Of a stretch of 64,000 nucleotides of DNA, positions 9,420 through 20,316 are shown in pieces. Made by a program: the position numbers and the translations under genes. The stretch spans positions 96,001 through 160,000 of the forward strand of contig CAWCPV010000007.1 in assembly GCA_963797555.1 (NCBI GenBank), in the 5' to 3' direction. Source of the stretch: an uncultured Gammaproteobacteria bacterium. GTDB taxonomy: Bacteria; Pseudomonadota; Gammaproteobacteria; CAWCPV01. Below the pieces are notes generated by a model that was not told the origin of the DNA, searched no databases, and worked only from the letters and a program-made list of their open reading frames with translations. Position 1 is the stretch's first letter. Every line of letters starts with the position of its first letter.

Positions 9420-11369
9420 CCTGCACCGCCGCTGACGCTTGGGGGCGTCCGCAAGGGCCCGGTCGTAGAAGCCTATCATCCGGCTGAGGTCCAGCCTCTT
9501 TCCATTGTCATGCGCTTTCAAGCGGGCGAGGGTACGGCGCGCGTCTGCGGTTTTGCCGAGACGCAGCTCGTACTGGAGCTCGAGCAGCCCTGCTTCGAGC
9601 CGCTCGGGCTGCAGGCTCTGCGCCGCGCTCCGCGTAGCGGATGGCGGTCTGCGGTCTGCCCAGGTAGCTCAAGATCTGCGCCATGTAGATTCGGGTCCAC
9701 CAAGTGGCTTCAGGAGTGCGGGACGAGTCATGTCGCGAGTACCAGGCGTCCATGGCCTGCGTCAACTTCTCCGCGTCCAACTGCGGACAACGTTTCTGGT
9801 GAACGAGGTCTCTCAGAATCTCGAGCGCCAGCTCGGTATAGCCTCGGCTGGATATCTCCAGGTCGGATGCCACCTGATCGTAGTCGGACGCGACGATCGG
9901 GCTCTTCGCGATGCACAGGACGACGATTCGCCGAAGCGGGAGCGCCGCAGCCGCAGGGGCGCGCAAGTCTGGCCGCTTTCTGCAGGTGGTCGGAGCGCCT
10001 CCTGAGCGTTCCGCGCATTGGCGAAATACACGGCGAGGTCCGCCTGCAGGCGCGAGGAGTCGGGGTGGGCTCGCTGCGCAGAGAGGACGATGCCCTGCGA
10101 CGAGGTCCATGTCTGGACGCGCTGGTAGGTTGCAAAGGCGTAGAAGGCGGGCAGCGCGGCGGCGAACAGCAGCAGGGGGCGCCGCAACTGCGGCTGCGAG
10201 CGTATCAGGATAGACAGCAGAGCCGCCAGCCCGAAGAACAGGCCGAACCCAGGCAAATAGTTGCGGTGCTCGAAGTAGATCTCGAGTGGGATGAAGGTCG
10301 ATTCCAGCGATTGGGCGAGCAGGAAGAACAGCACCCCGAAGAACACCGGCGATAGCGACGACCTCCGAAACAGGTAAGCCGAGCAGAGAATTGCGAGCCA
10401 GCCGGCCGCCGCCAGGAGCGTCGACGGAGGCGATAGCAGGCCCGTGGACTTGCGATAGTCGTCGTGATAGAGACCGAGCGTCGTGCTGTCGGGAACAATC
10501 AGTGCGCGCACGTAGGAAAAGAGCACGCGGCCCTCGGTCAGCAGCCTCTCCTCGAGCGTAAAATCCCGGCTGGCGTATCCGCCGAGGAGGAGGGCAGGAT
10601 GCAGCGTCAGCTTCACCAGGAGCACGCCCGCCGGTATCCCCAGCAAGACTACGAACAGCCCAGCCAGAATGCGCCTTGCTGCCGGCCGCGGCGTCCTGAA
10701 TCCGAAGAAATAGATTTCGACCAGCAGCAGCAGCGGCAGCAGCAACGCCCCGTTTTCCTTGCTGAGCGTCGCCAGGGGCCACCACAGCAGGACGGACGAC
10801 CCGATGAGGACACCGCCGAGCACCGGTCTGGACGCGAGGTTCTGACGTCCGACGGTGTAGGCGAGAAGCCCTGCAAAGACGAACAACGCCGCCAGCTCGG
10901 CCATCCGCTGGACGACGTACAGAACGGTGCTCACCTGAATCGGCGCGAGCAGCCACACCGCCGCGATCCAGAGGGCGAGAGTCCATCGGCGCGGCGCCAG
11001 CTCGGGGCGCTCCAGCAGGAGTCTGCCGGCAAGCCAGAACAGGACCGCACCGGCCAGGAGATGGATCAGCAGGTTCGTGTACTTGTAGGCCCAGACCTCT
11101 CCCGCCTCCAGCAACTGGTTGCCGATGAAGGTCAGCATGGCGACGGGCCGCCCAAGGGGCCGGAGGGGTTGGTCGCGAGCACGTCCTGCCAGGTCGTGAG
11201 GCCCGCGGACAGCTCCCCGAGCGGACGCAGGTTCTCGATGTCGTCGAGGAGGAGGTCGCCGCTCAGGCCCGGCCAATACAAGACCGCCGTCGGTGCCGAG
11301 CACCCCGTAGAGGCCGAGGACGACGGCCCACTGCGGTGCGGCGCTGGAACGGGTCCGAAAAGTGAGCAC
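9420..11369 (-). CDS. TMTC-like GT-C membrane protein with C-terminal TPR-like region, several frameshifts; 3' end approximate
   Basis: YWPGLSGDLLLDD..RPVAMLTF..NLLIHLL..APIQVSTVLYVVQR..SKENG..EHRNYLP..TW is the TMTC/DUF1736-type motif series. It lies directly downstream of the pilin. Confidence 0.75.
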
Positions 11370-11372
11370 CGA

Positions 11373-11403
11373 GAAATGAAGAACCCCGGCAGGGCCGGGG
11401 TTC
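11373..11403 (-). terminator. Intrinsic terminator after pilA
   Basis: Hairpin GAACCCCGGC-ccT-GCCGGGGTTC followed by TTCATTTC on the minus strand. Confidence 0.7.
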
Positions 11404-11427
11404 GGATGCTAGACTGCTGGGTCGACT

Positions 11428-11853
11428 CTAACGGCAGTTGGCCGGACGATACTTCGCCGCGAGGCTCGCCCGTGCAAACCCAGTCGACCGCGCGGTTGTT
11501 CAACATGGTGGGCGCGAGCACTAGCGTGCTGCCGCACACCTTCGGGTCCAGGCTGGGGCTGAAAGTGACCAAAATCGTGCCGCTCGTCCCCACCGCGATG
11601 CCGGTCACATACTTGCTGTTGATCGTGTTGGGACATCCCAGCCTGTAGCGTTGGACGTCGGCCAAGCGCCATTGGTGACGCGATACTCGGCGACCGAGGT
11701 CTTGGCCGCCGACGCCAGGTTCAGGCCTTCAGAGACCTTGGCGCGGATGGTGTAGTCCTGGTAGGCAGGAATGGCGATGGCCGCCAGGATGCCGATGATG
11801 GCGACGACGATCATCAGCTCGATGAGTGTGAAGCCTTGCTGTACGCGTTTCAT
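11428..11853 (-). CDS. pilA: Type IVa major pilin (frameshifts near 11645 and 11465)
   Basis: [39 protein letters not shown]; the C-terminus reconstructs as [19 protein letters not shown] (disulfide D-region). Confidence 0.93.
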
Positions 11854-11979
11854 TTCGAGTTCTCCGCTGTGCGGGATGGACGTGTTGCCGAACCCCGCGA
11901 TGCCGTTGACTGCAGGCGACCCCTTTGACGTGCGAGCCTGCGCTGCGCTCGGAAGGGTGACGCTTCCGCTAGGGACTTA

Positions 11980-11995
11980 AGCATGGACCATGCCA
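11980..11995 (-). promoter_or_regulatory. Sigma54 (-24/-12) promoter of pilA
   Basis: Minus strand TGGCATGGTCCATGCT has GG-N10-GC spacing, about 127 bp upstream of pilA. Confidence 0.85.
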
Positions 11996-12440
11996 TCTCC
12001 GTCGCGCGGCGGACTGCAAGAGGGCGCGCTTTGGTCCTGCCGGAGTGGCATTTGAACTGTTCCTCGGGCCGAGGACCGTGTGCCGACGGGCGATGTTACG
12101 CGTTTCGTCCCGGTGGAGCACTCGATGTTTTGCGGCGTACCGCGACCGGACCGCACGAAGATCTCGCATCCTGAATCGGCACCCGTTCCTCGTTCTGGCG
12201 GTGCGGGGCCGGTGCCTCAGGCCCAGTCCGAGGGACTCGCCTTCGCCCGTCTCCCGCCGCCGCAGACCTTGCGCTTATCGGCAGGCGGGGCGACGACGCC
12301 TTTGGTCAAGGGCTGACGCGGTTGGGCACTTTCGTGCGCATTCTCTTCGTCGCCGCTGTTCCCGCTTATCAGCATACGGCGCCGGTATGGCCGCCTCCGC
12401 CGGGGTTGCGTATAGTGAACCGCCAGCGCGGCCTGCGACT

Positions 12441-13199
12441 ATGAAGATCCTGCTCAGCAACGATGACGGCTATCAGGCGGCGGGGCTCATCTGTCTCGCC
12501 GCGGCCCTGAGGCGATACGCCGAGGTCTCCGTGGTGGCCCCCGACCGGGACCGCAGCGGGGCGAGCAACTCGCTGACACTGGACAATCCCATCCGGGCAA
12601 CGCGCACGGACGACGGGTTCATTCGCGTCGATGGGACTCCGACCGACTGCGTGCACCTCGCCATCACCGGGCTCCTCGACGAGGAGCCGGACATGGTGAT
12701 TGCCGGGATAAACAGCGGACCCAACCTGGGTGACGACGTGCTTTACTCGGGGACGGTGGCTGCGGCCATGGAAGGGCGATTTTTGGGAGTTCCCGCCATG
12801 GCGGTCTCCCTCGCCGGGCATCCCGCACAGCACTTCGAGACGGCGGCCAGGGTAGTCGTGCTGCTCATCGAACGTCTGGTGGCGAACCCGCTGCCGGGCG
12901 ACACCATCCTGAATGTGAATGTCCCGGATGTTCCCTGGGAGGCGTTGGCGGGCTTCGAGGCGACGCGTCTCGGTCACAGGCATAAGGCGGAGCCGGTGCT
13001 GAAGACCGCCGACCCCCGCGGCCGGCCCATCTACTGGGTCGGGCCGCCGGGCGCGGAGCAGGACGCCGGCCCCGGCACTGACTTCCACGCCATCAGGCGC
13101 CAGTGTGTGTCCATTACACCCTTGCAGGTCGACCTGACGCGCTACACGGCCCTCGACAAAGTGGCCGCGTGGGTGGAGGGGCTCACGCCGCCAGCCTAG
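12441..13199 (+). CDS. surE: 5'/3'-nucleotidase SurE
   Basis: [45 protein letters not shown]. Confidence 0.97.
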   Translation: MKILLSNDDGYQAAGLICLAAALRRYAEVSVVAPDRDRSGASNSLTLDNPIRATRTDDGFIRVDGTPTDCVHLAITGLLDEEPDMVIAGINSGPNLGDDVLYSGTVAAAMEGRFLGVPAMAVSLAGHPAQHFETAARVVVLLIERLVANPLPGDTILNVNVPDVPWEALAGFEATRLGHRHKAEPVLKTADPRGRPIYWVGPPGAEQDAGPGTDFHAIRRQCVSITPLQVDLTRYTALDKVAAWVEGLTPPA

Positions 13200-13322
13200 A
13201 CCGTTCGGCGTCCCGGCGCGAGGCCGCTCTCGCAGCAGACCGCGCCAAGCGCAGACCATCTCCGTAGTCACTCATCACAACATACTGGTTGCTCAGAGAG
13301 GCCCAATTACAGGATAGGTACG

Positions 13323-13692
13323 TTGGGCCCCGTGGTGGGGCATGCTAGGCTATGGCTTCGCCCGCTGGCCTTTATACGCATTTTACCGGTGGCTGGCGCG
13401 GGCGGGCGAGCGGCCGGTTTCCGGTGCGGGACGTTCGGGGCGGTGTTCATCGCCGGCTTTTCATTCACCTTCCATAAGGCATTTACCACCGGGGCCGGCG
13501 CCGGGTCCATGCCGGCGCTGCCGTTGGTGGTGGGCTCCCCGATGGGCCGCGGGAACCGCTCGTTTCTCCTGGCCAGGTGGATGGCCCGGGGGAGGCGCAC
13601 TCCGACAGGAACCTCCGCACCGCTGCATCGACTGGATCGGGTGCACAACGGCGCTCACGGCGCTGACTGCGTCCTTAGTATCGCGGGACTGA
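13323..13692 (+). pseudogene. yqaA: Decayed YqaA/DedA family membrane protein
   Basis: AVFIAGFSFTFHKAFTTGAG..PLVVGSPMGRGNRSFLLA plus IDWIG..LVSRD* in another frame resembles YqaA FxAGFSPIPYKxFT..GRGARFFLVA. It sits at the syntenic position between surE and nlpD. Confidence 0.65.
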
Positions 13693-14474
13693 TGCCTGGG
13701 ATAGGTCTGCGGCTCGGCTGGTGGTTTCTCATCGGGCTGTGCGTCGCCGGCTGCGGTGGCTCGCAAGCAGTTGCCCCCGTGAGCACGCCGCGGGGTGCAG
13801 AGGGCCTGCCGCATGGGGGCTACTACGTCGTGCACAGGGGAGACACCCTTTATTCGATCGCCTGGCGTTACGACCTCAACTATTCGACCCTGGCCGCGTG
13901 GAATGGCATCGGGGATCCCGACCGAATCTATCCTGGGCAGCGGCTGCGCCTTACGCCCGGGCCGAGCAGCCGCACGGGTGAGCGGTCTCCGAGCCCGCGC
14001 CTACCGACGGTCTCCACGCCTGCCGCGGCCACCGTGTCCAAGCCGACCCCATTGTCCGTGGATGGGCGCGAGGATACCCGGATTAACAGCGCGCCGGAGA
14101 TCATCTGGACGTGGCCTGCCCGGGGCAAGGTGATCCAGACGTTCTCGGCGTCCGGGCCAGCCAAGAAAGGACTGGATATCGCCGGGATACCGGGGCAGCC
14201 GATAGACGCCGCCGCTGCAGGCAAGGTGGTCTACAGCGGCAGTGGACTGATCGGATACGGCAATCTTATTATTGTCAAACATAACGACAGCTACCTGAGC
14301 GCATACGCGCACGGTGCACGGCTGCTGGTAAAGGAAGGGGAATGGGTCAAGGCGGGACAGCCAATCTCCGAGATGGGACATACCGGGACCGACCGGGTGA
14401 TGCTGCATTTCGAGATCCGGCGCCAGGGCAAGCCCGTCGATCCACTTCTATACCTGCCAAGGCGGCCTGGATGA
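13692..14474 (+). CDS. nlpD: LysM/M23 lipoprotein NlpD
   Basis: Lipobox VAGC, LysM YVVHRGDTLYSIAW, M23 domain YGNLIIVKH..LHFEIR; upstream of rpoS. Confidence 0.93.
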   Translation: MPGIGLRLGWWFLIGLCVAGCGGSQAVAPVSTPRGAEGLPHGGYYVVHRGDTLYSIAWRYDLNYSTLAAWNGIGDPDRIYPGQRLRLTPGPSSRTGERSPSPRLPTVSTPAAATVSKPTPLSVDGREDTRINSAPEIIWTWPARGKVIQTFSASGPAKKGLDIAGIPGQPIDAAAAGKVVYSGSGLIGYGNLIIVKHNDSYLSAYAHGARLLVKEGEWVKAGQPISEMGHTGTDRVMLHFEIRRQGKPVDPLLYLPRRPG

Positions 14475-14495
14475 TGTTCGGAGGAGGAGGCGGAT

Positions 14496-15467
14496 GTGAG
14501 GGAACCAGATGAGCTGGACCCCGAATTAGCGCGGTACGACGGTGAAGACGCCAATGAGCTTGCCGGCGACGGAGAGGGAGAACGTGCCGGCGAAGCTGCC
14601 GATGCGCCGCCCCCGGCGGGAGATGTCCCTGCGGACGAGTTGGACGCGACTCGCCGTTATCTCCGGGAAATCGGCTTTTCCCCGCTGCTGAGCGCCGAGG
14701 AGGAGCGGTATTACGCACGTCTGGCGCGGCAGGGCGACCAGGCCGCCAGGCGGCGCATGATAGTGAGCAACTTGCGGCTGGTGGTGAAGATCGCGAAGCG
14801 GTATTTGCGCCGCGGACTCGATCTGCTCGACCTGATCGAGGAAGGGAATCTGGGGCTGATCCATGCCGTGGAAAAGTTCGACCCGGAGCGGGGGTTTCGC
14901 TTTTCCACTTACGCTACGTGGTGGATCCGGCAGACGGTGGAACGCGCGATCATGAACCAGGGCCGCACCATCCGGCTGCCGGTCCACGTCATGAAGGAGC
15001 TGAGCCTGTACCTGCGCCGGTCACGCGAGCTGGCCCAGAGCCTGGACCACGAGCCGAGCCCAGACGAGGTGGCCCGTTTCCTGGACAAGCCTTTGCAGGA
15101 AGTCGAACGCATGCTCGGGCTGAGGGAGCCCGTGTCCTCCGTGGAGATCCCGGTGGGGCGGAACATGGAGCGATCCGTCCTCGACAGCATCGCGGATGAG
15201 CAGAACCTCGACCCGGCCGCCATGGTGCAAGACGACGATCTCCAACGTCATATCGATACCTGGCTATCGCAGATGCAGGACAAGCACAGGGAGGTCGTGG
15301 AGAGGCGCTTCGGCCTCTGTGGTCAGGAAGCGGCGACGCTGGAGGAAGTCGGCAGCGCCATTGGAGTGACCCGCGAGCGGGTGCGGCAGATCCAGGCAGA
15401 GGCGTTGAAGCGGCTCCGGCAACTGCTCGAGCGGGAAGGATTCTCCCTGGAGAATCTGCTGAAGTAG
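14496..15467 (+). CDS. rpoS: RNA polymerase sigma factor RpoS
   Basis: [48 protein letters not shown]; follows nlpD. Confidence 0.96.
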   Translation: MREPDELDPELARYDGEDANELAGDGEGERAGEAADAPPPAGDVPADELDATRRYLREIGFSPLLSAEEERYYARLARQGDQAARRRMIVSNLRLVVKIAKRYLRRGLDLLDLIEEGNLGLIHAVEKFDPERGFRFSTYATWWIRQTVERAIMNQGRTIRLPVHVMKELSLYLRRSRELAQSLDHEPSPDEVARFLDKPLQEVERMLGLREPVSSVEIPVGRNMERSVLDSIADEQNLDPAAMVQDDDLQRHIDTWLSQMQDKHREVVERRFGLCGQEAATLEEVGSAIGVTRERVRQIQAEALKRLRQLLEREGFSLENLLK

Positions 15468-15597
15468 GCGGCTTTGGGGCGCGTGCGCGGCTGAAGCCAG
15501 ACCGCGACAAAAGTTTCGAAACTGACGGCTCGGCCGGGCTGACCAGCACGAAGCAGCGTGCAGCGGCCGGGGCGTTCGGGCGCAGCCGCGCTCTGTC

Positions 15598-16020
15598 TCA
15601 AGCTGCGCCGATCATGAGCAGTACCGCCGCGACCTTTCGGCCGTCGGCGGTGAGTATGTTGTAGGTGCGGCAGGCTGCGCCCGTGTCCATTGCCTCGACG
15701 CCGATGCCGCGCGAAGTCAGCGGGGCGAGCAGTTCCACGCGAGGGAACTGCAGGCTCGCGCCCGACCCGAAGAGCACGATCTCGGGATCCAGGGCCGATA
15801 CCAGCTCGAAGTGGACGCGGGCGACCTCGCCGAACGCCTGGGGTGGCCAGTCCGCGACCAGGCGATGAGGGGTGACGACACAGCTTCGGGTCAGGGTCCG
15901 GGTCCGCAAGCCGCCCTCCGATCGTTTGGCCGCGTCCTCGGGCACCCTGAGGGTCACTTGGCCCGGGCCGTAGGACCGGAAGGTGTAATGCGCGGGGCTG
16001 ATGTCCTGACGTGTCTGCAT
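15598..16020 (-). CDS. Mth938-like (DUF498) protein
   Basis: PEIVLFGSG..GIGVEAMDTGAACRTYNILTADGRKVAAVL. Confidence 0.9.
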   Translation of the reverse strand: MQTRQDISPAHYTFRSYGPGQVTLRVPEDAAKRSEGGLRTRTLTRSCVVTPHRLVADWPPQAFGEVARVHFELVSALDPEIVLFGSGASLQFPRVELLAPLTSRGIGVEAMDTGAACRTYNILTADGRKVAAVLLMIGAA

Positions 16021-16215
16021 TCCGCCGGCCCTCCCGGACGACGTTCTCATTATAGCCGGGCGGGATCTTCGAACTCTCTGCCGAGAGCCTGTGAATAACG
16101 CGGCTGCGCGTCCCGACAGCGGTGCACGCCGCCGGCAACGCGCCCCGGCCGCTTCTTCCTCTGCGCCGCAGCCGCTATAATCACGAGTCACGGCTCTTCC
16201 CTCGGATCGACGGCC

Positions 16216-17424
16216 TTGCTCCAGGAATTTCCCCGCATCAAGCGGCTGCCTCCCTATGTGTTCAGCATCGTGAACGAGCTGAAAGCCAAGGCCCGTGCCG
16301 GTGGTGAGGACATCATCGACTTCGGGATGGGGAACCCGGATCAGCCTACGCCACGCCACATCGTCGAGAAGCTGGTGGAGGCGGTACGACGGGATGACAC
16401 GCATCGCTACTCGATGTCGCGGGGCATCCCCAGGCTGCGCAGGGCGATTTGCCGCTGGTATCACCGTCGTTTCGGCGTCGAGCTGGACCCCGATACCCAG
16501 GCCATCGTCACCATCGGATCGAAGGAGGGGCTCGCGCACCTCGCGCTCGCGACGGTCGGGGCGGGGGATGCGGTGCTGGTCCCGAACCCGGCCTATCCGA
16601 TCCATCCCTACGGGTTTGTCATCGCGGGAGCGGACATCCATTACGTGCCCCTGGTGCCGGGGGTGGACTTCTTCGCGGAGCTGGAGAAGGCGATCAAGGA
16701 TGCCTGGCCGCGGCCCAAGATGCTGGTGCTGAACTTCCCGGGCAACCCGACCACGCAGTGCGTCGAGTCGTCGTTCTTCGAGAAGGTCGTCGCCATCGCG
16801 CGCGAGCGCGAGATATGGGTGGTGCACGACCTTGCGTATGCGGACATCGTGTTCGACGGCTACGTCGCGCCATCCATTCTTCAGGTGCCGGGCGCGAGCG
16901 AGTGCGCAGTCGAGTTCTTCACCCTGTCGAAGAGCTACAACATGCCCGGGTGGCGGGTGGGGTTCATGTGCGGCAACGCCACGCTGGTAGCCGCTCTCGC
17001 CCGCATGAAGTCCTACCTGGACTACGGCATGTTCACGCCCATCCAGGTGGCTGCCATCGCCGCCCTGGAGGGGCCGCAGGAATGCGTGCGGGAGATCGTC
17101 GAGACCTACGGCAGGCGTCGAGACGTGCTGTGCAACGGGCTCAATGCGCTCGGCTGGAAGGTGGAGAAGCCCAAAGCCACCATGTTCGTGTGGGCGCCCA
17201 TTCCTCCGCAGTATCGCGCCGCGGGCTCGCTGGAGTTCTCCAAACGCTTGCTGGAGCAGGCGAAGGTGGCCGTGTCTCCAGGCATTGGCTTCGGGGAGTA
17301 CGGTGACGACCATGTGCGCTTCTCTCTCATAGAGAATGAGCACCGGACACGACAGGCCCTGCGCGGCATCCGAGATATGCTGCGCAGCGACCAACGCGTA
17401 ATGTTGCGGGAGGTGGGGCCCTGA
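16216..17424 (+). CDS. alaC: Alanine transaminase (class I/II PLP)
   Basis: [40 protein letters not shown]; alaC-hom-thrC synteny. Confidence 0.93.
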   Translation: MLQEFPRIKRLPPYVFSIVNELKAKARAGGEDIIDFGMGNPDQPTPRHIVEKLVEAVRRDDTHRYSMSRGIPRLRRAICRWYHRRFGVELDPDTQAIVTIGSKEGLAHLALATVGAGDAVLVPNPAYPIHPYGFVIAGADIHYVPLVPGVDFFAELEKAIKDAWPRPKMLVLNFPGNPTTQCVESSFFEKVVAIAREREIWVVHDLAYADIVFDGYVAPSILQVPGASECAVEFFTLSKSYNMPGWRVGFMCGNATLVAALARMKSYLDYGMFTPIQVAAIAALEGPQECVREIVETYGRRRDVLCNGLNALGWKVEKPKATMFVWAPIPPQYRAAGSLEFSKRLLEQAKVAVSPGIGFGEYGDDHVRFSLIENEHRTRQALRGIRDMLRSDQRVMLREVGP

Positions 17425-17489
17425 CGCGGCCCCTGAAGACCCATCGCTCCCCGCGCGAGCGGGACAGCGGCGCGATTGGCCCGGCTGCG

Positions 17490-18788
17490 GTGTACGTCGG
17501 GCTGCTCGGGCTCGGCACGGTAGGCTGCGGGACCGTCCAGGTGCTGCAGCGCAATGCCGGGGAGATCGCGCGCCGGGCGGGCCGGGCCATCGTCGTGCGG
17601 CGGGCGGCGGTGCGAGCCTTCAACAAGCCGCGCCCCTGCGCCACCGAAGCGGTGCGTCTGACGACCGATGCGACCGCAGTGGTAGATGACCCCGAGTTGC
17701 CCGTTGTGGTGGAACTGATGGGCGGAATCGAGCCTGCCCGGGAGTTGGTGTTGCGCGCCATCGCCAACGGCAAGCATGTGGTGACCGCCAACAAGGCGCT
17801 GATCGCCTTGCACGGCAACGAGCTGTTCGATGCCGCCCAGGCGACCGGGGTGATGGTGGCCTTCGAGGCGGCCGTGGCCGGCGGTATCCCCATCATCAAG
17901 ACATTGCGCGAGGGCTTGGCAGGCAACCGAATCGAATGGCTGGCCGGGATCATCAACGGCACCAGCAACTTCATCCTGAGCGAGATGACACACCAGGGCC
18001 GGGACTTCGCCGAGGCGTTGGCGGAGGCCCAGCGGCTCGGCTGTGCAGAGGCGGACCCCACCCTCGACGTGGAAGGGGTGGATGCGGCGCACAAGCTCAC
18101 CATCCTGGCGTCCATTGCGTTCGGCATTCCCTTGCAGTACGAGAGAGTCTATCGCGAGGGCATCGGGGAGATCCGCCGCGACGACGTGGACTACGCCCGA
18201 CAGCTCGGCTACCGCATCAAGCCCTTGGGCATCGCGCGCCGCTCTCCCGGCGGGATCGAGCTGCGCGTGCATCCCACCTTGATCACCGACCGGCGTCCCC
18301 TGGCCAACGTCGAAGGGGTGATGAATGCCGTCGTCGTTTGCGGGGACGCGGTCGGGCCGACGCTGTATTCCGGCCCTGGGGCCGGGGCGGAGCCGACTGC
18401 TTCCGCCGTGGTGGCGGACCTCGTGGACGTGGTGCGCATGCTCGCCTCCGACCCCGAGAACCGCGTGCCACACCTGGCGTTTCAGCCCGATGCCTTGCAG
18501 GACCTGCCTATCCTGGCCATGGACGAGATCCAGTCGGCCTATTACCTGCGCATGCAGGCGGTGGACCGCCCGGGCGTGCTGGCAGACGTGACTCGCATCC
18601 TCGGCGACCGCGGGATCAGCATCGAGGCGATCCTCCAGAAGGAACCTCAGCCCGGCCAGGAGCATGTTCCAGTCATCATGCTCACCCATCCGGTGGCGGA
18701 GCGGGAGATGACCGACGCCATCGTGCGCATCGAGGGCCTGGAGGCCATCGAAGGCGCGGTCACCCGCATCCGCTTGGAGCACCTGTAG
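17490..18788 (+). CDS. hom: Homoserine dehydrogenase with ACT domain
   Basis: VGLLGLGTVG..VVTANKAL..FEAAVAGGIP..INGTSNFIL..DRPGVLA. Confidence 0.96.
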   Translation: MYVGLLGLGTVGCGTVQVLQRNAGEIARRAGRAIVVRRAAVRAFNKPRPCATEAVRLTTDATAVVDDPELPVVVELMGGIEPARELVLRAIANGKHVVTANKALIALHGNELFDAAQATGVMVAFEAAVAGGIPIIKTLREGLAGNRIEWLAGIINGTSNFILSEMTHQGRDFAEALAEAQRLGCAEADPTLDVEGVDAAHKLTILASIAFGIPLQYERVYREGIGEIRRDDVDYARQLGYRIKPLGIARRSPGGIELRVHPTLITDRRPLANVEGVMNAVVVCGDAVGPTLYSGPGAGAEPTASAVVADLVDVVRMLASDPENRVPHLAFQPDALQDLPILAMDEIQSAYYLRMQAVDRPGVLADVTRILGDRGISIEAILQKEPQPGQEHVPVIMLTHPVAEREMTDAIVRIEGLEAIEGAVTRIRLEHL

Positions 18789-19009
18789 CGGGGCGCGCGC
18801 CGAGTGCCGGTGGCCGCGATACGGGGCAGCTCCGCTAGGTAATTTTCTTGTCCAAGTCGGAACAGCCAGAGAATGGCGCGGTTCTGCGGAGGTCGTGGCG
18901 GAGCTGCGTTTGGACTACACCGGAGTGGTCATCGTGATCTCCGTCGAACCCAAACGGTTTCGCCCGGCAGGTGCTCGGTGAAAGAGTAAAGAGTAAGAGG
19001 ATTGAGTCG

Positions 19010-20149
19010 ATGCCATTTCGCTCGCGTTACACCGGGCTGATCGAGACCTACCGGGACCGCCTGCCGGTCCATGACGACATGCGGGTGATCAGCCTGGGGG
19101 AGGGAAATACGCCGCTCATCCGCCTGAACCACTTGCCCCGGCTGCTGGGCAAGGACGTCGATATCTACGTGAAGTATGAGGGTCTGAACCCCACAAGCTC
19201 CTTCAAGGATCGTGGAATGACCATGGCCGTCACCCGGGCGGTGGAGGAGGGGGCCCAGGCGATCATCTGCGCCTCCACCGGCAACACCTCGGCGTCGGCC
19301 GCGGCCTATGCGGCACGCGCCGGGATCCGCTGCTTCGTGCTCATTCCCGAGGGGAAGATTGCGCTGGGCAAGCTGGCTCAGGCCATGATGCACGGGGCGG
19401 CGGTCATCCAGATCCGGGGCAACTTCGACGACGGGATGCGCCTCGTGAAGGAGGTGGCAGAGGAGGCGCCCGTGACCATCGTCAATTCCATCAATCCTTA
19501 CCGGCTCCAGGGGCAGAAGACGGCGGCGTTCGAGATCGTGGAGGAGCTCGGGCGTGCCCCGGATTATCACTGTCTGCCCGTGGGGAACGCGGGCAACATC
19601 ACCGCGCACTGGATCGGATACTGCGAGTATTCCTCGTCCTCGGGCGAGCGTGTGACGGAGGCCTGCACGTACTGCGCCGGCCACTGCCGGTTCGCCGGCG
19701 GCGCCGTCGTCGGAAACCGTCCCCGGATGGCGGGATACCAGGCGGCGGGCAGTGCTCCTTTCGTCCTTGGGCATCCCGTGGAACAGCCCGAAACCGTCGC
19801 GACGGCTATCCGCATCGGCCACCCCCAGTCCTGGCACCAGGCCCGGACGGTCGTGGAGGAGTCGGGCGGCTGGTTCGATTCCTGTACCGACGAGGAGATC
19901 CTGGCCGCTCAGAGGCGCTTGGCGCAGACCGAGGGTATTTTCTGCGAGCCGGCGTCGGCGGCTTCCGTAGCGGGTGCGAGCCGCGACATCGTTAGCGGGC
20001 GTATCCCGCAAGGCAGCAGTGTCGTTTGCACTCTGACCGGCCACGGTCTGAAGGACCCCGACACCGCCATCCGCCAGAGTGGGACGGCAGTGTTGACGGT
20101 CGACGCGACCCTGGACTCGGTGCGTCAGACCATTCTCGATAACCTGTAG
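19010..20149 (+). CDS. thrC: Threonine synthase
   Basis: [48 protein letters not shown]. Confidence 0.95.
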   Translation: MPFRSRYTGLIETYRDRLPVHDDMRVISLGEGNTPLIRLNHLPRLLGKDVDIYVKYEGLNPTSSFKDRGMTMAVTRAVEEGAQAIICASTGNTSASAAAYAARAGIRCFVLIPEGKIALGKLAQAMMHGAAVIQIRGNFDDGMRLVKEVAEEAPVTIVNSINPYRLQGQKTAAFEIVEELGRAPDYHCLPVGNAGNITAHWIGYCEYSSSSGERVTEACTYCAGHCRFAGGAVVGNRPRMAGYQAAGSAPFVLGHPVEQPETVATAIRIGHPQSWHQARTVVEESGGWFDSCTDEEILAAQRRLAQTEGIFCEPASAASVAGASRDIVSGRIPQGSSVVCTLTGHGLKDPDTAIRQSGTAVLTVDATLDSVRQTILDNL

Positions 20150-20316
20150 GCGGGAAGGTTGACAGGATGCGAAACAATTCCTGTCAGCAGGGAAACGAGC
20201 GGGGTGAAGGGCTCAAAAAAAACGAAGGCTGCACCACAACCAACGACTGCCCTCGCGGTGTCCGCCGTATCCCATGTGTCGCCCGTCTTGGACCATCGAG
20301 TGGCGGCACTGGACCA

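Noticed and set aside
11428-11853. Phase variation of pilA by frameshifting
   Set aside because: There is no simple-sequence repeat tract at the shifts, and the window has a high background of indels.
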